Below the pieces are notes generated by a model. It was not told the DNA's origin and did not search any database. It saw only the letters and a list, made by a program, of their open reading frames with translations. 64,000 nucleotides of DNA from Sedimentisphaerales bacterium (lineage in GTDB: Bacteria; Planctomycetota; Phycisphaerae; Sedimentisphaerales; Anaerobacaceae). The stretch is taken from NCBI GenBank assembly GCA_963708075.1, contig OY970194.1:701862-765861 (forward strand). The letters run 5' to 3'. A program made the position numbers and the translations under genes. Shown in pieces: positions 1 to 10,173 of this stretch (position 1 is the stretch's first letter; each line of letters opens with the position of its first letter).

Positions 1-930
1 GTGAAGACGCTGCGGCGCACGCCTACGGACCGAGTTCCAATCTTTGAGCACGTAATCGATGCGCGTTTTGTCAATCACGCGATTGGCCTGGACCAGCGGA
101 GCCTGGATCTGGCCGCTGAGCCGTTTGCGCGGCTGGCCCGATATATGCACATGGATATCGTGACGATGGGCTATCGTTCCCGGGTGCCCGGCACGCGCAC
201 ACGGGAGGATCTGGCCGCGATGCGATTGGCGGACCACGCGGAATTCCTCCGCCGCGTGGACGATTTCCTGCGGATACAAAAGGAAACGGGGCTCGGTGTA
301 AATGTGTACGTGCACGGCCCCTTTGACTCTACCTACTTGTCAATGGGGTACGAGACGTTCTTTCTCAACCTTGCCGACGATATGGGCTTCATCGAAGCCA
401 TGATGGAGGTTTTCACGGAGGACGCTGTCGCCATGGTCAAAGCGCTGATCGCCAAAGGGGTGACCACGATCGAGCTCGTTGACGACATTGCCTATGCCAA
501 GGGACTCTTCATCAGGCCGGACATCTTTCGCAGGCTGTGGATGACGCGTATGGAGAAGATCCTCGAACCCATCCACAGTTCCAACACTCCGGTTTTCTTT
601 CATAGCGATGGTGACGCCCGTCAGTTCATCGACATGGTGCTCGACCTTGGCTTTCTCGGGCTCAATCCGGTCGAGCCACAGTGCAACGATATCGTCGCAT
701 TGAAGAAGGAGTACGGCGAGCGCATCACGCTGATGGGCAATCTGGAAATCGGCGGAGTGCTCGCGTCGGGGACGTGCGACGAGGTCCGAAGGGAAATGAA
801 ACGATTGTTGGAGCAGATGATGCCGGGGTATGGCTACGTCGCCATGTCGTCGAACTCCCTGGCCAATTGCGTCGTGCCGGAGAACTATGTGGCTATGGTG
901 GAGACGGTGCTGGAATTCGGCAATTATTGA
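1..930 (+). CDS. Uroporphyrinogen decarboxylase (URO-D) family protein; may be 5'-truncated by the window edge
   Basis: 309-aa ORF starting at nt 1 (GTG). The C-terminal half (FFHSDGD...LGFLGLNPVEP...ITLMGNLE...YVAMSSNS) looks like the URO-D/MtaA-type TIM barrel. Confidence 0.6.
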   Translation: MKTLRRTPTDRVPIFEHVIDARFVNHAIGLDQRSLDLAAEPFARLARYMHMDIVTMGYRSRVPGTRTREDLAAMRLADHAEFLRRVDDFLRIQKETGLGVNVYVHGPFDSTYLSMGYETFFLNLADDMGFIEAMMEVFTEDAVAMVKALIAKGVTTIELVDDIAYAKGLFIRPDIFRRLWMTRMEKILEPIHSSNTPVFFHSDGDARQFIDMVLDLGFLGLNPVEPQCNDIVALKKEYGERITLMGNLEIGGVLASGTCDEVRREMKRLLEQMMPGYGYVAMSSNSLANCVVPENYVAMVETVLEFGNY

Positions 931-971
931 CCATTAGAAGTTCGATGCCCGCAGGGTCTGGAGCGTATTAG

Positions 972-3161
972 ATGCAGTCAGGGTTGAGCCTTCTGGACAT
1001 CATCGTCCTCGTCGCGTACTTTGCAGTCATCATTGGAATCGGCGTATGGTCGTCCCGCCACGTCAGGAACCAGGAGGACTATTTCCTCGCGGGACGGCGA
1101 TTCGGCAAGCTCGTCCAAACGTTCACCTCTTTTGGAACAGGAACCAACGTTGAGAGTATCGTAGGGGTCGCCGCCACGACGTTCACGAATGGGGCCGCGG
1201 GGATTTGGAGCTCGCTCGTCTATCTCTTCGTCACTCCGGTTTACTGGCTGGTTGCCCCGTGGATGCGGCGTCTTCGCGTCCTGACCATGGCGGATTACTT
1301 AGAGGAACGGTATGGCTCTAAAGCTATCGCGGGCCTTTACACGTTGGTGGCGACCCTGGTCACAATCGCGCACTTGTCCGTAGGCTTCAACGCAGGTTCC
1401 AAGACGGTGATGGCGCTGTATCCTAAGGGCATCGAACAACTGACGGTTGCCGAGACGGAGGAGCTATCACGGGCGCAGGAATTGGAGCGGCTCCAAAAAT
1501 CGGACTATGGGATCCTGTCCGACCAGGAAAAGGACCGCCTTGACCAACTGCAGCGCGAAGCGCCCCGAAAGGCGTTCTCTCATATCGACAAGAACATATT
1601 CATCTGGATCATCTGTATCATCACGCTGATCTATGGCATCTCCGGCGGCATGGAGGCGGCTGCACTGGCGGATGTTCTGCAGGGCATGTGCATCATCTTC
1701 ATTACCCTCATCGTCTTTCCCTTCTGCTGGGCTCAGATCAACGAGGTCTATGGCGGCAGCGGCGTGATGGACGCCCTGCAGACAATGCACACGCGGCTGC
1801 CTGAGTCGTTTTTCGATATCCTTGGCTCGCCCGCTCTGATGGATTTCACATGGTTCTACATTGCCGCTCTTTCGATGATGACGATCAGCAACACGCCGGC
1901 CCAGGGCCACTTTTTGACGGGCAATGCATCGGCAAAGAACGAGTTCGCCTGCCGATTCGGATCGATATGTGGAGGCTACATCAAGCGATTCTGTGCCGTC
2001 TTGTGGGGATTCTTCGCGCTCTGCGCCCTGGCCATCTTTCACGATAAGATCAATGACCCTGACCTGATGTGGGGATATGCCTCCCGCGAGCTGCTCGGTT
2101 CCGCCGGCTTCGGCCTGCTTGGACTCATGGTCGCGGGCTTGCTGGCGGCTCTCATGTCCACCGTGAGTACGCTCATGATCACGGGCTCCAGTCTGCTGGC
2201 CCGGAACATCTACCGGCCGCTTGTCCCAAACCGTCCCGAGAAGCACTATGTCCTCGTCGGACGGATGCTGAGCGTTTTTGTTGTCGTGTCCGGCGCCCTG
2301 ATCGCAGCACAGTTCGACTCCATTCTCCAGTTGCTCAAGTTCATGTGGGAGATCAACATCATGATCGCGGCCACCTGGTGGCTCGGCATGAAGTGGCGGC
2401 GGGCCAACCGTATCGGCGCCTGGTCCTCCATGGGCTTCGCGTCGGTTTTCTTCTTCGTCCTGCCCCTTCTGCTGCCGGCGTTCGCACCTTGTCTGCGCTC
2501 CAATGAATACCTGCTCAAGACGACGCACGTGAAACCCGTGTCCCACACTTATCACGCGCACGAAATGGACGTCGAGATGCGTCAGAAGGAAATCGCCGGG
2601 TGGGAGGCAATGCCCGAGGAGCAAAGGAGCAGGGTGGCCAGGCCCTCTCCTCTGGCCGTGGGCGACGAATTCACGAAGACTGTCGCGCTTCCGGCCCAAT
2701 CGATATTCTGGACCAAGGGCTTCAAGCAGAACATCGATGGGATGCCCGTGGGTGCCGGCATGTTGAATCTCGAGCTTGTCGCCCTGGATCGACTCGGATT
2801 CGATCTCACGAACAACACCTATGCCCTGAACGAAACGACGCGTGTGCTGATCCGCACTATTCTGCCGTTCCTCATTCTCATGGTGGTGGCGCGGTTCACC
2901 CGACCGATGGAGAAGGAGCGTCTGGATCGCTTCTTTGTCAAGATGAAGACGGTGGTTCACGAGAATCGCGAGGTGGACGCTCGGGAAATGGAGCTGTCAT
3001 ACGCCAATCCGGATCGTTTCAACCACAAGAAGCTGTTTCCCAATTCCCATTGGGAGTTCGAGAAGTGGGACCGTGTGGACACAATCGGTTTCCTTCTGGC
3101 CCTGCTCACGGCCTTCGCGGTGTTGGGGTTCTTCAAGCTCCTGCTCAGCATCGGGGTCTGA
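972..3161 (+). CDS. Sodium:solute symporter (SSS) family transporter with a hydrophilic coiled-coil insertion and a long C-terminal extension
   Basis: 729-aa ORF. The N-terminus LLDIIVLVAYFAVIIGIGVWSSR...EDYFLAGRRFG is typical of SSS carriers, and there are many TM segments. Confidence 0.75.
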   Translation: MQSGLSLLDIIVLVAYFAVIIGIGVWSSRHVRNQEDYFLAGRRFGKLVQTFTSFGTGTNVESIVGVAATTFTNGAAGIWSSLVYLFVTPVYWLVAPWMRRLRVLTMADYLEERYGSKAIAGLYTLVATLVTIAHLSVGFNAGSKTVMALYPKGIEQLTVAETEELSRAQELERLQKSDYGILSDQEKDRLDQLQREAPRKAFSHIDKNIFIWIICIITLIYGISGGMEAAALADVLQGMCIIFITLIVFPFCWAQINEVYGGSGVMDALQTMHTRLPESFFDILGSPALMDFTWFYIAALSMMTISNTPAQGHFLTGNASAKNEFACRFGSICGGYIKRFCAVLWGFFALCALAIFHDKINDPDLMWGYASRELLGSAGFGLLGLMVAGLLAALMSTVSTLMITGSSLLARNIYRPLVPNRPEKHYVLVGRMLSVFVVVSGALIAAQFDSILQLLKFMWEINIMIAATWWLGMKWRRANRIGAWSSMGFASVFFFVLPLLLPAFAPCLRSNEYLLKTTHVKPVSHTYHAHEMDVEMRQKEIAGWEAMPEEQRSRVARPSPLAVGDEFTKTVALPAQSIFWTKGFKQNIDGMPVGAGMLNLELVALDRLGFDLTNNTYALNETTRVLIRTILPFLILMVVARFTRPMEKERLDRFFVKMKTVVHENREVDAREMELSYANPDRFNHKKLFPNSHWEFEKWDRVDTIGFLLALLTAFAVLGFFKLLLSIGV

Positions 3162-3235
3162 GAGCGTCAAAGCATTGCGCCCAGTCGTCGAGGATTCACG
3201 CTAGACTCCACATCGAAGCGTGAGGACAGGAGAGT

Positions 3236-4409
3236 CTACTGACTTCGCACGCTGCCTATGCTGTGCACTCTGCGATAGGCCAGGGGGCTCATTCCCTTCT
3301 CCTGGCGGAAGGGCCGGGAGATGTGTTTCTCATTGCTGAAACGCAGGACCGACGCGATTTGTGCCACCGACAGGTTTGTTTCCGTCAGGAGCAGGCAGAC
3401 CTGTTCGATGCGGACCCGCGTGATCTCGTTCAGGATGGACTGGCCGAGGACCTTGCGGAATCGTTGCTCGAGCGTGCGGCGGGACAAACCGGACGCCTCC
3501 ACCACATCCGCCACTTGCATCGGCTCGCGGGCATGCTCGTGGATGTATCGCATGGCCTGGGCTACCTCGCGGTCCTCGGTGGCGAGAATATCCGTGGACT
3601 GGCGAGTCACCACATGGGTTGGCCGGATGATCACGCTGTGGTCGCCCGGCCGCATCTTTCTCCCCGCCATCATCTTGTCCAACAACGCCGCCGCCTCATA
3701 CCCGCCTTTCTCCACGTCGAGGGCCACACTGGACAGCGGGGGATCGCATAATTCGCAGATCACGTCATCGTTCAGAACCCCCACGACGGCCACATCCTCG
3801 GGCACATGAATGCCCGTCAGCTTGCAGCCTTCGAGAACGTGCTGGCCCCGATAGTCGGTGCAGGCCATGATCCCGATCGGTTTGGGCAGGGATTTGAGCC
3901 ATGCGGCAATGCTATTCTGCTCCTTGAACCAGCGCCCCGTGGACAGCGACTCGGGCTTCTCATAGAGGCAGGTTCTCAAAACCGGCCTGCTTGACTCTCT
4001 GGGCAAAACCCTCGGCGCGCGTCTTCGACCATGGCGTATCGGAAAAGCCGCAGAAGCCGAAGTTCTTGAACCCTCGTTCCAGTAGATGCTCCGCCCCCAT
4101 TTTGCCCACCTGCAAGGAATCGACAAGGATGCAGGGAAAGCCGGGGATGGCGCCGGTGGCGCGTGGGGCGAAAATGGCGGCCAAACCTGCCGCCCGGACC
4201 TCCTCGGGTTTGATGGCATCCCCGCGAATAATGATTCCATCCGCGTCCCATTTGTGGAGCTTGGGCGACTTGCCGCGCAATCCCCGGGGCTCGCGGGAGA
4301 ACATCCAGGGACCGTAGATGCGGGAGTATCGTGTGATCCCACGGATGAGGTCCCGTCCAAACTCGTGGGATGTTTCAATCAGCAAGATGACTCTCGGGAT
4401 TCTATGCAT
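3236..4409 (-). pseudogene. XylR-like regulator (periplasmic-binding-protein-like sensor plus AraC-type HTH) split by a 1-nt frameshift near 3955-3975
   Basis: ORF 3960..4409 encodes the N-terminal sensor half (RVILLIETSHEFGRDLIRGI...). The continuation (YEKPES...LPKPIGIMACTDYRG...AraC HTH...) lies in another frame of ORF 3236..4378. Confidence 0.7.
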
Positions 4410-4707
4410 GTGTGCGCTGCCTGTGTGATGCCGGTTGACTGTATTTCAGAACTGCTGCATATCCTTCAGATCGACATTACCGCTCGTAAACGTCACGTTC
4501 AATATGGGCAGTATACCCGCTACACATGGGGCGGGGAAGGCCCTGTGCGCAAAATGGGGGTGAAAAAGGCGCAAAGTGGCGTTCGGATACTCATGCGGGT
4601 CAGCTAAGATACTATGACAAAGGATGATTCCGGGTAGCACAGGTGATCCTCGGAATGAACATCATAAATACATTCGATCTGCACGGGAGGGAGGAAGGAG
4701 TAACGCT

Positions 4708-5448
4708 GTGAGAAGGGGTCAGGGTTTCACGCTGATCGAGCTACTGGTCGTCATCGCCATCATCGCCCTGTTGATGGGGATTCTCATGCCTACCCTGCAA
4801 CGAGCCAGGAAGAGCGCCAGGAGCGTAGCCTGCCAGGCATCTTTGCGTCAATGGGGCCTCGTGCTGAAGTTGTATGCGGATGACAACGATGGCTACTTCT
4901 TCAAAGGCGGCGGCGGGGTCGACTGGTTCTCTACCCTGAAGCCCTGGTACGGCCAGCAGGAGATGACCTTCTGCATGGAAGCCAGACGTGCGCCCAGCGA
5001 ATCGACCGGGACAGCACACTTGTTTGGAAACACCTACCAATCCTGGTTGTATTCAGGACATCAGGGCAGTTATGGGGTCAACATGTGGATCTTCAATGAG
5101 TTCGGAGAGGGAAATGACGCGTGGGGTAAGCCGAAGAGATGGTGTTGGCGGACCCCGTACGTGAAAGAGGCCCAGAATATCCCGATATTCCTCGACGCCA
5201 CATGGGGTGGTACCCATCCGGATGAGTTCGACGAGCCGCCAGTCTTCGAGGGAGATCCGGAATCCAAATTTATGGGCCGCTTCTGCATCAATCGCCACAA
5301 CGGCGGCGTGAACACTGTCTTCTGCGATTTCTCCACAAGGAAGGTTGGACTCAAGGAACTCTGGCGGTTGAAATGGCATCGTCATTATGACGTCCATACG
5401 GCGGCGCCGATATGGCCGGAATGGATGAGGAGTTTCAAAGACTACTGA
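4708..5448 (+). CDS. Prepilin-type N-terminal cleavage/methylation protein, DUF1559 / HX9DG pseudopilin family
   Basis: GTG at 4708 lies behind a GGAGGAAGGAG Shine-Dalgarno. Leader VRRGQG precedes [16 protein letters not shown], and the C-terminal HNGGVNTVFCDFS is an HX9D(G)-like motif. Confidence 0.8.
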   Translation: MRRGQGFTLIELLVVIAIIALLMGILMPTLQRARKSARSVACQASLRQWGLVLKLYADDNDGYFFKGGGGVDWFSTLKPWYGQQEMTFCMEARRAPSESTGTAHLFGNTYQSWLYSGHQGSYGVNMWIFNEFGEGNDAWGKPKRWCWRTPYVKEAQNIPIFLDATWGGTHPDEFDEPPVFEGDPESKFMGRFCINRHNGGVNTVFCDFSTRKVGLKELWRLKWHRHYDVHTAAPIWPEWMRSFKDY

Positions 5449-5458
5449 TCTGTGGTAG

Positions 5459-5474
5459 ACATAATCGATTATGT
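5459..5474. promoter_or_regulatory. Perfect 16-bp palindrome ACATAATCGATTATGT between the pseudopilin and LamG genes (candidate operator)
   Basis: Read directly; the sequence equals its reverse complement. It has a central CG like LacI-type operators and sits 33 nt upstream of the ATG at 5507. Confidence 0.35.
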
Positions 5475-5506
5475 TGAGGCCCATTTTCTCGAAAACGAGG
5501 TGTGTG

Positions 5507-8428
5507 ATGCATAAGAAATCATTTCTCCTGGCATGCTCTCTGCTGTCACTGATGTGGATAGGTACGGCATCCGCGAGACTGGTTGCGCAGTATGAGTTTG
5601 AGAACAATACGAATGACACCTCGGGGTACGGGCAAAATGCCGTCGCCCACGGCGGTCCCACCTACGGGGCCGGCAAGTTCGGCAAAGCGATGCATTTCGA
5701 TGGCATCGATGACTACGTGGACATCGACCCCTTCAAGTACACCAATGACGACGGGGAGTTCACCCTGACGTTCTGGTTCAAGGTGAAAACGATTCCCGAC
5801 ACGGCCACCAACCAGAGCTTTCCGTATTTGTTCAGCCACGGCATGACGAACAGAAACAACAACATATCCGTCTATTTCCGCGCCAAGGAAGTCGATCAAA
5901 GAACGCACACGCGGCTGATGGATCTCAAGAATCCGGAGGATATCAGAGGAAGCGGAGGGCCGGTGTGGATCACCGATCTTCCCGCGGCAGAGATGGCGAA
6001 CGGACAGTGGCACATGTACACGATCTCGTCATCGGCTGTGGATGGAGGCACCATCTACATCGATGGCAAGGTCATAAGCTCCAATCCGAACTACAAGAGC
6101 GACATGGTCAACCTCAGGGATAAGATCAATCTCGGACGCAGAGGTTTCGAGGGCGAGGCCTCAAGGTACTTCGGCAGCTCGGATCCTGAGGACGGCCTGC
6201 TCGACGACGTCCGCATCTACGCTCGCGCCTTGACGGCGGAGGAGGTAGGCATCGTCATGACCGGCGCGCGTCTGGCGTTTCCGCGAGCCTGGAACCCGTC
6301 GCCGAACGGCAAGGAATTCGTGAGTGAAGACGTGGTCCTCTCCTGGTCGCCCGGCGAGGAAAACGGCAACGTCAAGCCGGTTCCGCACGACGTTTACTTT
6401 GGCACAAGCTTTGAGGAGGTAAGGACGGCGACAGGCGGCGACGATCCGGATGTCCGGTATTTTCCCATGAGCGCCAACAGCATCGATCTTCCGGACCCGC
6501 TGGTGCCGGGCACGACCTATTATTGGCGTGTTGACGCGATCTACGACGTGAACACCTACAAGGGCGACATCTGGAGCTTCACGGTACATCCTTCCGCGGT
6601 GTTCGAGCCTAGTCCATCCGACGGCACGACAGATGTGCCCGTCGATGTGACGCTGACTTGGGCGGCAGGGCAGCTCCAGGCGGCGCCTCCCGTGCAGCAT
6701 GAGCTCTACGTTGGGACTCTGTTCAACGAGGTCGATCAGGCGAGCAGCGACAGCCACCCCGGCGTGGAGTTCAAGAGCCTTGACGTGGATCAGTTCCAGC
6801 CCGGCAATCTGGGCCTGGGTACGACGTACTTCTGGCGGGTGGATGAGCGTTACGCCGGGGCCACCGTGAAAGGCGATATGTGGGCGTTCACGACGATCCC
6901 GTTCGTGGTGGTTGATGGTTTCGAGGATTACAACGACTATCCGCCGTACCGGGTGTTCGACACTTGGATCGACGGATGGGAGATCGCCGACAATGGCGCC
7001 ACGGTCGGTTATCCCGACCCTGACTTCGAGCGGGACGAGCACTTCGTGGAGGTCAAGGTCATCCATGGGGGTAAGCAGGCCATGCCGCTGGCTTACGACA
7101 ATTCAGACACAGCCCGATATTCGAAAGCCTCAGCGGATCTCAGTGCGCTGGGTGTCACCTCTGATTGGACGAAGACCAGCGCCAAGGCTTTGGTGCTGTA
7201 CTTCTATGGGGATGCGGACAATCAGATACGCGCCACGGAGCGCATGGAGATCTCCCTGGAAGATACTGCCGGCCATGTCGCCGCCGTCCCCTATGACGGC
7301 AGCATGTCCGATATACAGCAAGCGGCGTGGCATGAGTGGAACATTGATCTGCAGAAGTTCAGCGATGCCGGGGTGAATCTGAGCAGCGTGGCGAAAATAG
7401 CCATTGGGATTGGCGATCCGAAGGGGACGGTACGCGGCGGCACAGGGACGATATATGTGGATGACATACGCCTTTACGTCAGCAGGTGCCTTGCCCAGTA
7501 CCGACCGGCCGCCGACCTGAACGGAGACTGCCGCGTCGATTACAGAGACCTCCAGATCATGGCGGAGGACTGGCTGATGGCTGACCGCACCTCGGCCGGC
7601 GTGAAGGCGGAGTACCTGTTCGAAGGCAATACGGAGGACACCTCCGGCAACGGGCATCACGCTACCGCATTCGGCGGTCCCAAGTACGTCGCCTTTGATT
7701 TCGGCCAGGCAATGAGTTTCGACGGCGTCGATGACTACGTGGAAATCCAGCCGTTCAAGTACACCAACGACCTCGGGGAATTCAGCGTCAGCTTCTGGTT
7801 CAAAGTGCACGACGTGAACGCGACCCCCACGAACAACGGATTCCCGTACCTGTTCAACCACGGAATGACCAACAGGTGCAACAACATATCCATTTACTTC
7901 CTCAGTTCGGATGGAGCCCTCAGGACGCATACGAGGCTCATGAATCCCGCCAACCCGGAGGACGTCCGGGGGGGCGGGGGCGGTCCGCTGTTCACGTACG
8001 ACGTCCCCGGCCTGGCCAACGGGCAATGGTACTTCTACACGCTGACGTCCTCAGCCGGGACAGGAGGCGCCATCTACATCGACGGTCAGGTCAAGGCCGC
8101 CAACCCGAACTACAAGAGCAACATGGTGAATCTGACTGACACGATCAATTTAGGGCGCAGGGGGTACGTCGGCGAGAACACAAGGTTCTTCGGCAGTTCC
8201 GATGAGGACAACGGCCTGATCGACGATGTTCACTTCTACGATCGAGCGCTTTCTCCCGAGGAAATCGCCACAGTCATGGACGGCAAAGGGCTGGAGAGCG
8301 CAGCGTACTACCCGATTGTCTCGCCGGCCAACCTCTACGACAAGGAGCCGACTCTGTCCAAACGCATCAATTTCAAGGATTTTGCCGCCTTGGCCCAGCA
8401 GTGGCTTCAGGTGCGGCTGTGGCCGTGA
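5507..8428 (+). CDS. Secreted multidomain protein: LamG, two Ig/Fn3-like repeats, a CBM-like domain, a dockerin-like motif and a second LamG
   Basis: Signal peptide MHKKSFLLACSLLSLMWIGTASA. LamG modules at 5579-6265 and 7601-8283. Repeated ...TTY(Y/F)WRVD...G(D)(I/M)W(S/A)FT modules. Dockerin-like DLNGDCRVDYRDL. Confidence 0.8.
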   Translation: MHKKSFLLACSLLSLMWIGTASARLVAQYEFENNTNDTSGYGQNAVAHGGPTYGAGKFGKAMHFDGIDDYVDIDPFKYTNDDGEFTLTFWFKVKTIPDTATNQSFPYLFSHGMTNRNNNISVYFRAKEVDQRTHTRLMDLKNPEDIRGSGGPVWITDLPAAEMANGQWHMYTISSSAVDGGTIYIDGKVISSNPNYKSDMVNLRDKINLGRRGFEGEASRYFGSSDPEDGLLDDVRIYARALTAEEVGIVMTGARLAFPRAWNPSPNGKEFVSEDVVLSWSPGEENGNVKPVPHDVYFGTSFEEVRTATGGDDPDVRYFPMSANSIDLPDPLVPGTTYYWRVDAIYDVNTYKGDIWSFTVHPSAVFEPSPSDGTTDVPVDVTLTWAAGQLQAAPPVQHELYVGTLFNEVDQASSDSHPGVEFKSLDVDQFQPGNLGLGTTYFWRVDERYAGATVKGDMWAFTTIPFVVVDGFEDYNDYPPYRVFDTWIDGWEIADNGATVGYPDPDFERDEHFVEVKVIHGGKQAMPLAYDNSDTARYSKASADLSALGVTSDWTKTSAKALVLYFYGDADNQIRATERMEISLEDTAGHVAAVPYDGSMSDIQQAAWHEWNIDLQKFSDAGVNLSSVAKIAIGIGDPKGTVRGGTGTIYVDDIRLYVSRCLAQYRPAADLNGDCRVDYRDLQIMAEDWLMADRTSAGVKAEYLFEGNTEDTSGNGHHATAFGGPKYVAFDFGQAMSFDGVDDYVEIQPFKYTNDLGEFSVSFWFKVHDVNATPTNNGFPYLFNHGMTNRCNNISIYFLSSDGALRTHTRLMNPANPEDVRGGGGGPLFTYDVPGLANGQWYFYTLTSSAGTGGAIYIDGQVKAANPNYKSNMVNLTDTINLGRRGYVGENTRFFGSSDEDNGLIDDVHFYDRALSPEEIATVMDGKGLESAAYYPIVSPANLYDKEPTLSKRINFKDFAALAQQWLQVRLWP

Positions 8429-8518
8429 CAGAAAGACCCGTTGCATACGTGTGTGAGGTGCAGGATCATGGAAACCCACCCCAAAGAACCGGTTCTGAAT
8501 GAACCAGGAGGAAAGAGT

Positions 8519-10066
8519 ATGGTGACGAGAAGATTGTTGTGCGCAGTCGGTGTCATGCTGTTGCTCGCCTTGGTCAATGGCGCCATGGGCGACCTGGTGG
8601 CCAGGTACGGATTCGAGGGCGATGTGAACGATAGCTCGGGGAATGGGCATGTCGGAACCGCCTACGGCGGCCCCGGATACGCGCCGGGCAGGTTCGGCCT
8701 TGCGATGGATTTCGATGGGGCCGACGATTACATAGAGATCGCTCCCTTCAAATACACAGGTGACTCGGGCGAGTTCAGTCTGACGTTCTGGTTCAACGTC
8801 AAGAGTATCGCTGCGACAGCCGCCAATAATGGGTTCCCGTATTTGTTCAATCACGGCATGACGAACAGGAGCAACAACATCTCCGTGTATTTCCGCAGCG
8901 CTGAGGGCGACCAGAGGACGCACACGAGATTGCAGAATCCCGCTAAGCCCGATGATGTCCGAGGCTCGACCGGCCCGCTATTTATCGTAGATACGAAGGG
9001 CCCGGCGGGGGCAGGGATGGTGGATGGGCAGTGGCACATGTACACGCTCACTTCCTCCGCGGCCAAGGGCGGCACAGTCTACATTGACGGTGTGGCCATG
9101 GGCACAAATCCGGACTACAAGGGCAACCTGGTGAATTTGACCGACATGATCGTCCTGGGACGCAGGGGCTATCAGGGCGAGGCCACAAGATATTTCGGCG
9201 GTCCCGAACCCAATGACGGCATGCTCGATGATGTATGCCTGTGGAATGAGGCCCTGACCCCGGCGGCTGTCGGCCGGCTGTATGCGTATGGCGTCCTCGG
9301 GCCCGCCAATGTCATCGTGGTTTCGGATGCCTTCGATAAGGACGTCGATGGAGTCCAGGATGACCAGGGCCTGGTGGATTGGCTGACGGCCCAGGGCCAT
9401 ACCGTCGATTTCCGGCTCGACTACTGGAACGTGCTCGATCCCAACAAGATCGCGGAGCTTAACGCCGCCGACTTGGTCATCGTGAGCCGCTCGGCGAGTA
9501 CCGGCGATTACGATGATGGCACGGATGAGATCGCCGCATGGAACGCCCTCAAACCGCCGGTCATCTGCCTCCAGGCCTACATGGTCAGAAACAATCGGTG
9601 GAAGTGGATCAACTCCGACACGGCGACCAATAACACGACCTTGTCCCTGATGCAGGTGCTGGACCCCAATCACCCGATCTTTGCCGGCGTGACGCTGAAT
9701 TCGCTCGATCCGAACGATCCGAATAGCCCGCGCGACCTGGCGTTGGTTGTGGACCCGAACGTCGGCACGGGCATTACCTCGTTCGTCGCCGGCCTCGACA
9801 TGGGCAACGGCCGGTTGCTTGCCAAGACCGCCACGGGCGACTACGCTTGGATCGCGGAATGGCAGCCCGGCATCGAGTTCTATGCCGAGGCAGGCCAGAT
9901 CGCCGGCGGCAGGCGCCTGCTGTTCTGCGCAGGCACACAGGAAGTCGGGGCGACCCTCCAGGGCGCGTTCAACCTCACCGCCGAAGGCCAGGAGATGCTC
10001 CGCAACGCAATCGCTTATCTGCGTGCTGAGCCGGTCGAGCCTCCACAGCAAGTCAGCGAGCAGTAG
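8519..10066 (+). CDS. Secreted LamG-domain protein with a C-terminal ThuA/GATase1-like fold domain
   Basis: AGGAGG RBS then ATG at 8519. Signal peptide MVTRRLLCAVGVMLLLALVNGA. The LamG module at 8591-9292 is paralogous to the two in the upstream gene. Confidence 0.75.
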   Translation: MVTRRLLCAVGVMLLLALVNGAMGDLVARYGFEGDVNDSSGNGHVGTAYGGPGYAPGRFGLAMDFDGADDYIEIAPFKYTGDSGEFSLTFWFNVKSIAATAANNGFPYLFNHGMTNRSNNISVYFRSAEGDQRTHTRLQNPAKPDDVRGSTGPLFIVDTKGPAGAGMVDGQWHMYTLTSSAAKGGTVYIDGVAMGTNPDYKGNLVNLTDMIVLGRRGYQGEATRYFGGPEPNDGMLDDVCLWNEALTPAAVGRLYAYGVLGPANVIVVSDAFDKDVDGVQDDQGLVDWLTAQGHTVDFRLDYWNVLDPNKIAELNAADLVIVSRSASTGDYDDGTDEIAAWNALKPPVICLQAYMVRNNRWKWINSDTATNNTTLSLMQVLDPNHPIFAGVTLNSLDPNDPNSPRDLALVVDPNVGTGITSFVAGLDMGNGRLLAKTATGDYAWIAEWQPGIEFYAEAGQIAGGRRLLFCAGTQEVGATLQGAFNLTAEGQEMLRNAIAYLRAEPVEPPQQVSEQ

Positions 10067-10120
10067 TCTTGTAGTTGATAGCGCAAACGGTGATTCCAGA
10101 AACAGGATCATGTTACACAG

Positions 10121-10147
10121 CGGGGCCTGTACCAGGTACGGGCCCCG
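10121..10147 (+). terminator. GC-rich 13+1+13 inverted repeat downstream of the LamG gene (terminator-like, no U-tract)
   Basis: The arms of cggggcctgtacc-a-ggtacgggccccg pair with one G-U. Confidence 0.4.
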
Positions 10148-10173
10148 CCCTTATAGCAGCAAAGGACCCAAGA

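Noticed and set aside
1467-2960. 497-aa ORF antisense to the SSS transporter
   Set aside because: It lies opposite a transporter with clear family signatures and is rich in Arg, Gly, Pro, His and Asp. That is the typical shadow ORF of a GC-rich coding strand.
8485-8496. 12-bp palindrome AGAACCGGTTCT upstream of the second LamG gene, and a similar 12-mer ACACGGCCGTGT in the spacer between the histidine kinase and TauE-like genes
   Set aside because: Perfect 12-mer palindromes are expected more than ten times by chance in 64 kb, and there is no supporting second copy.
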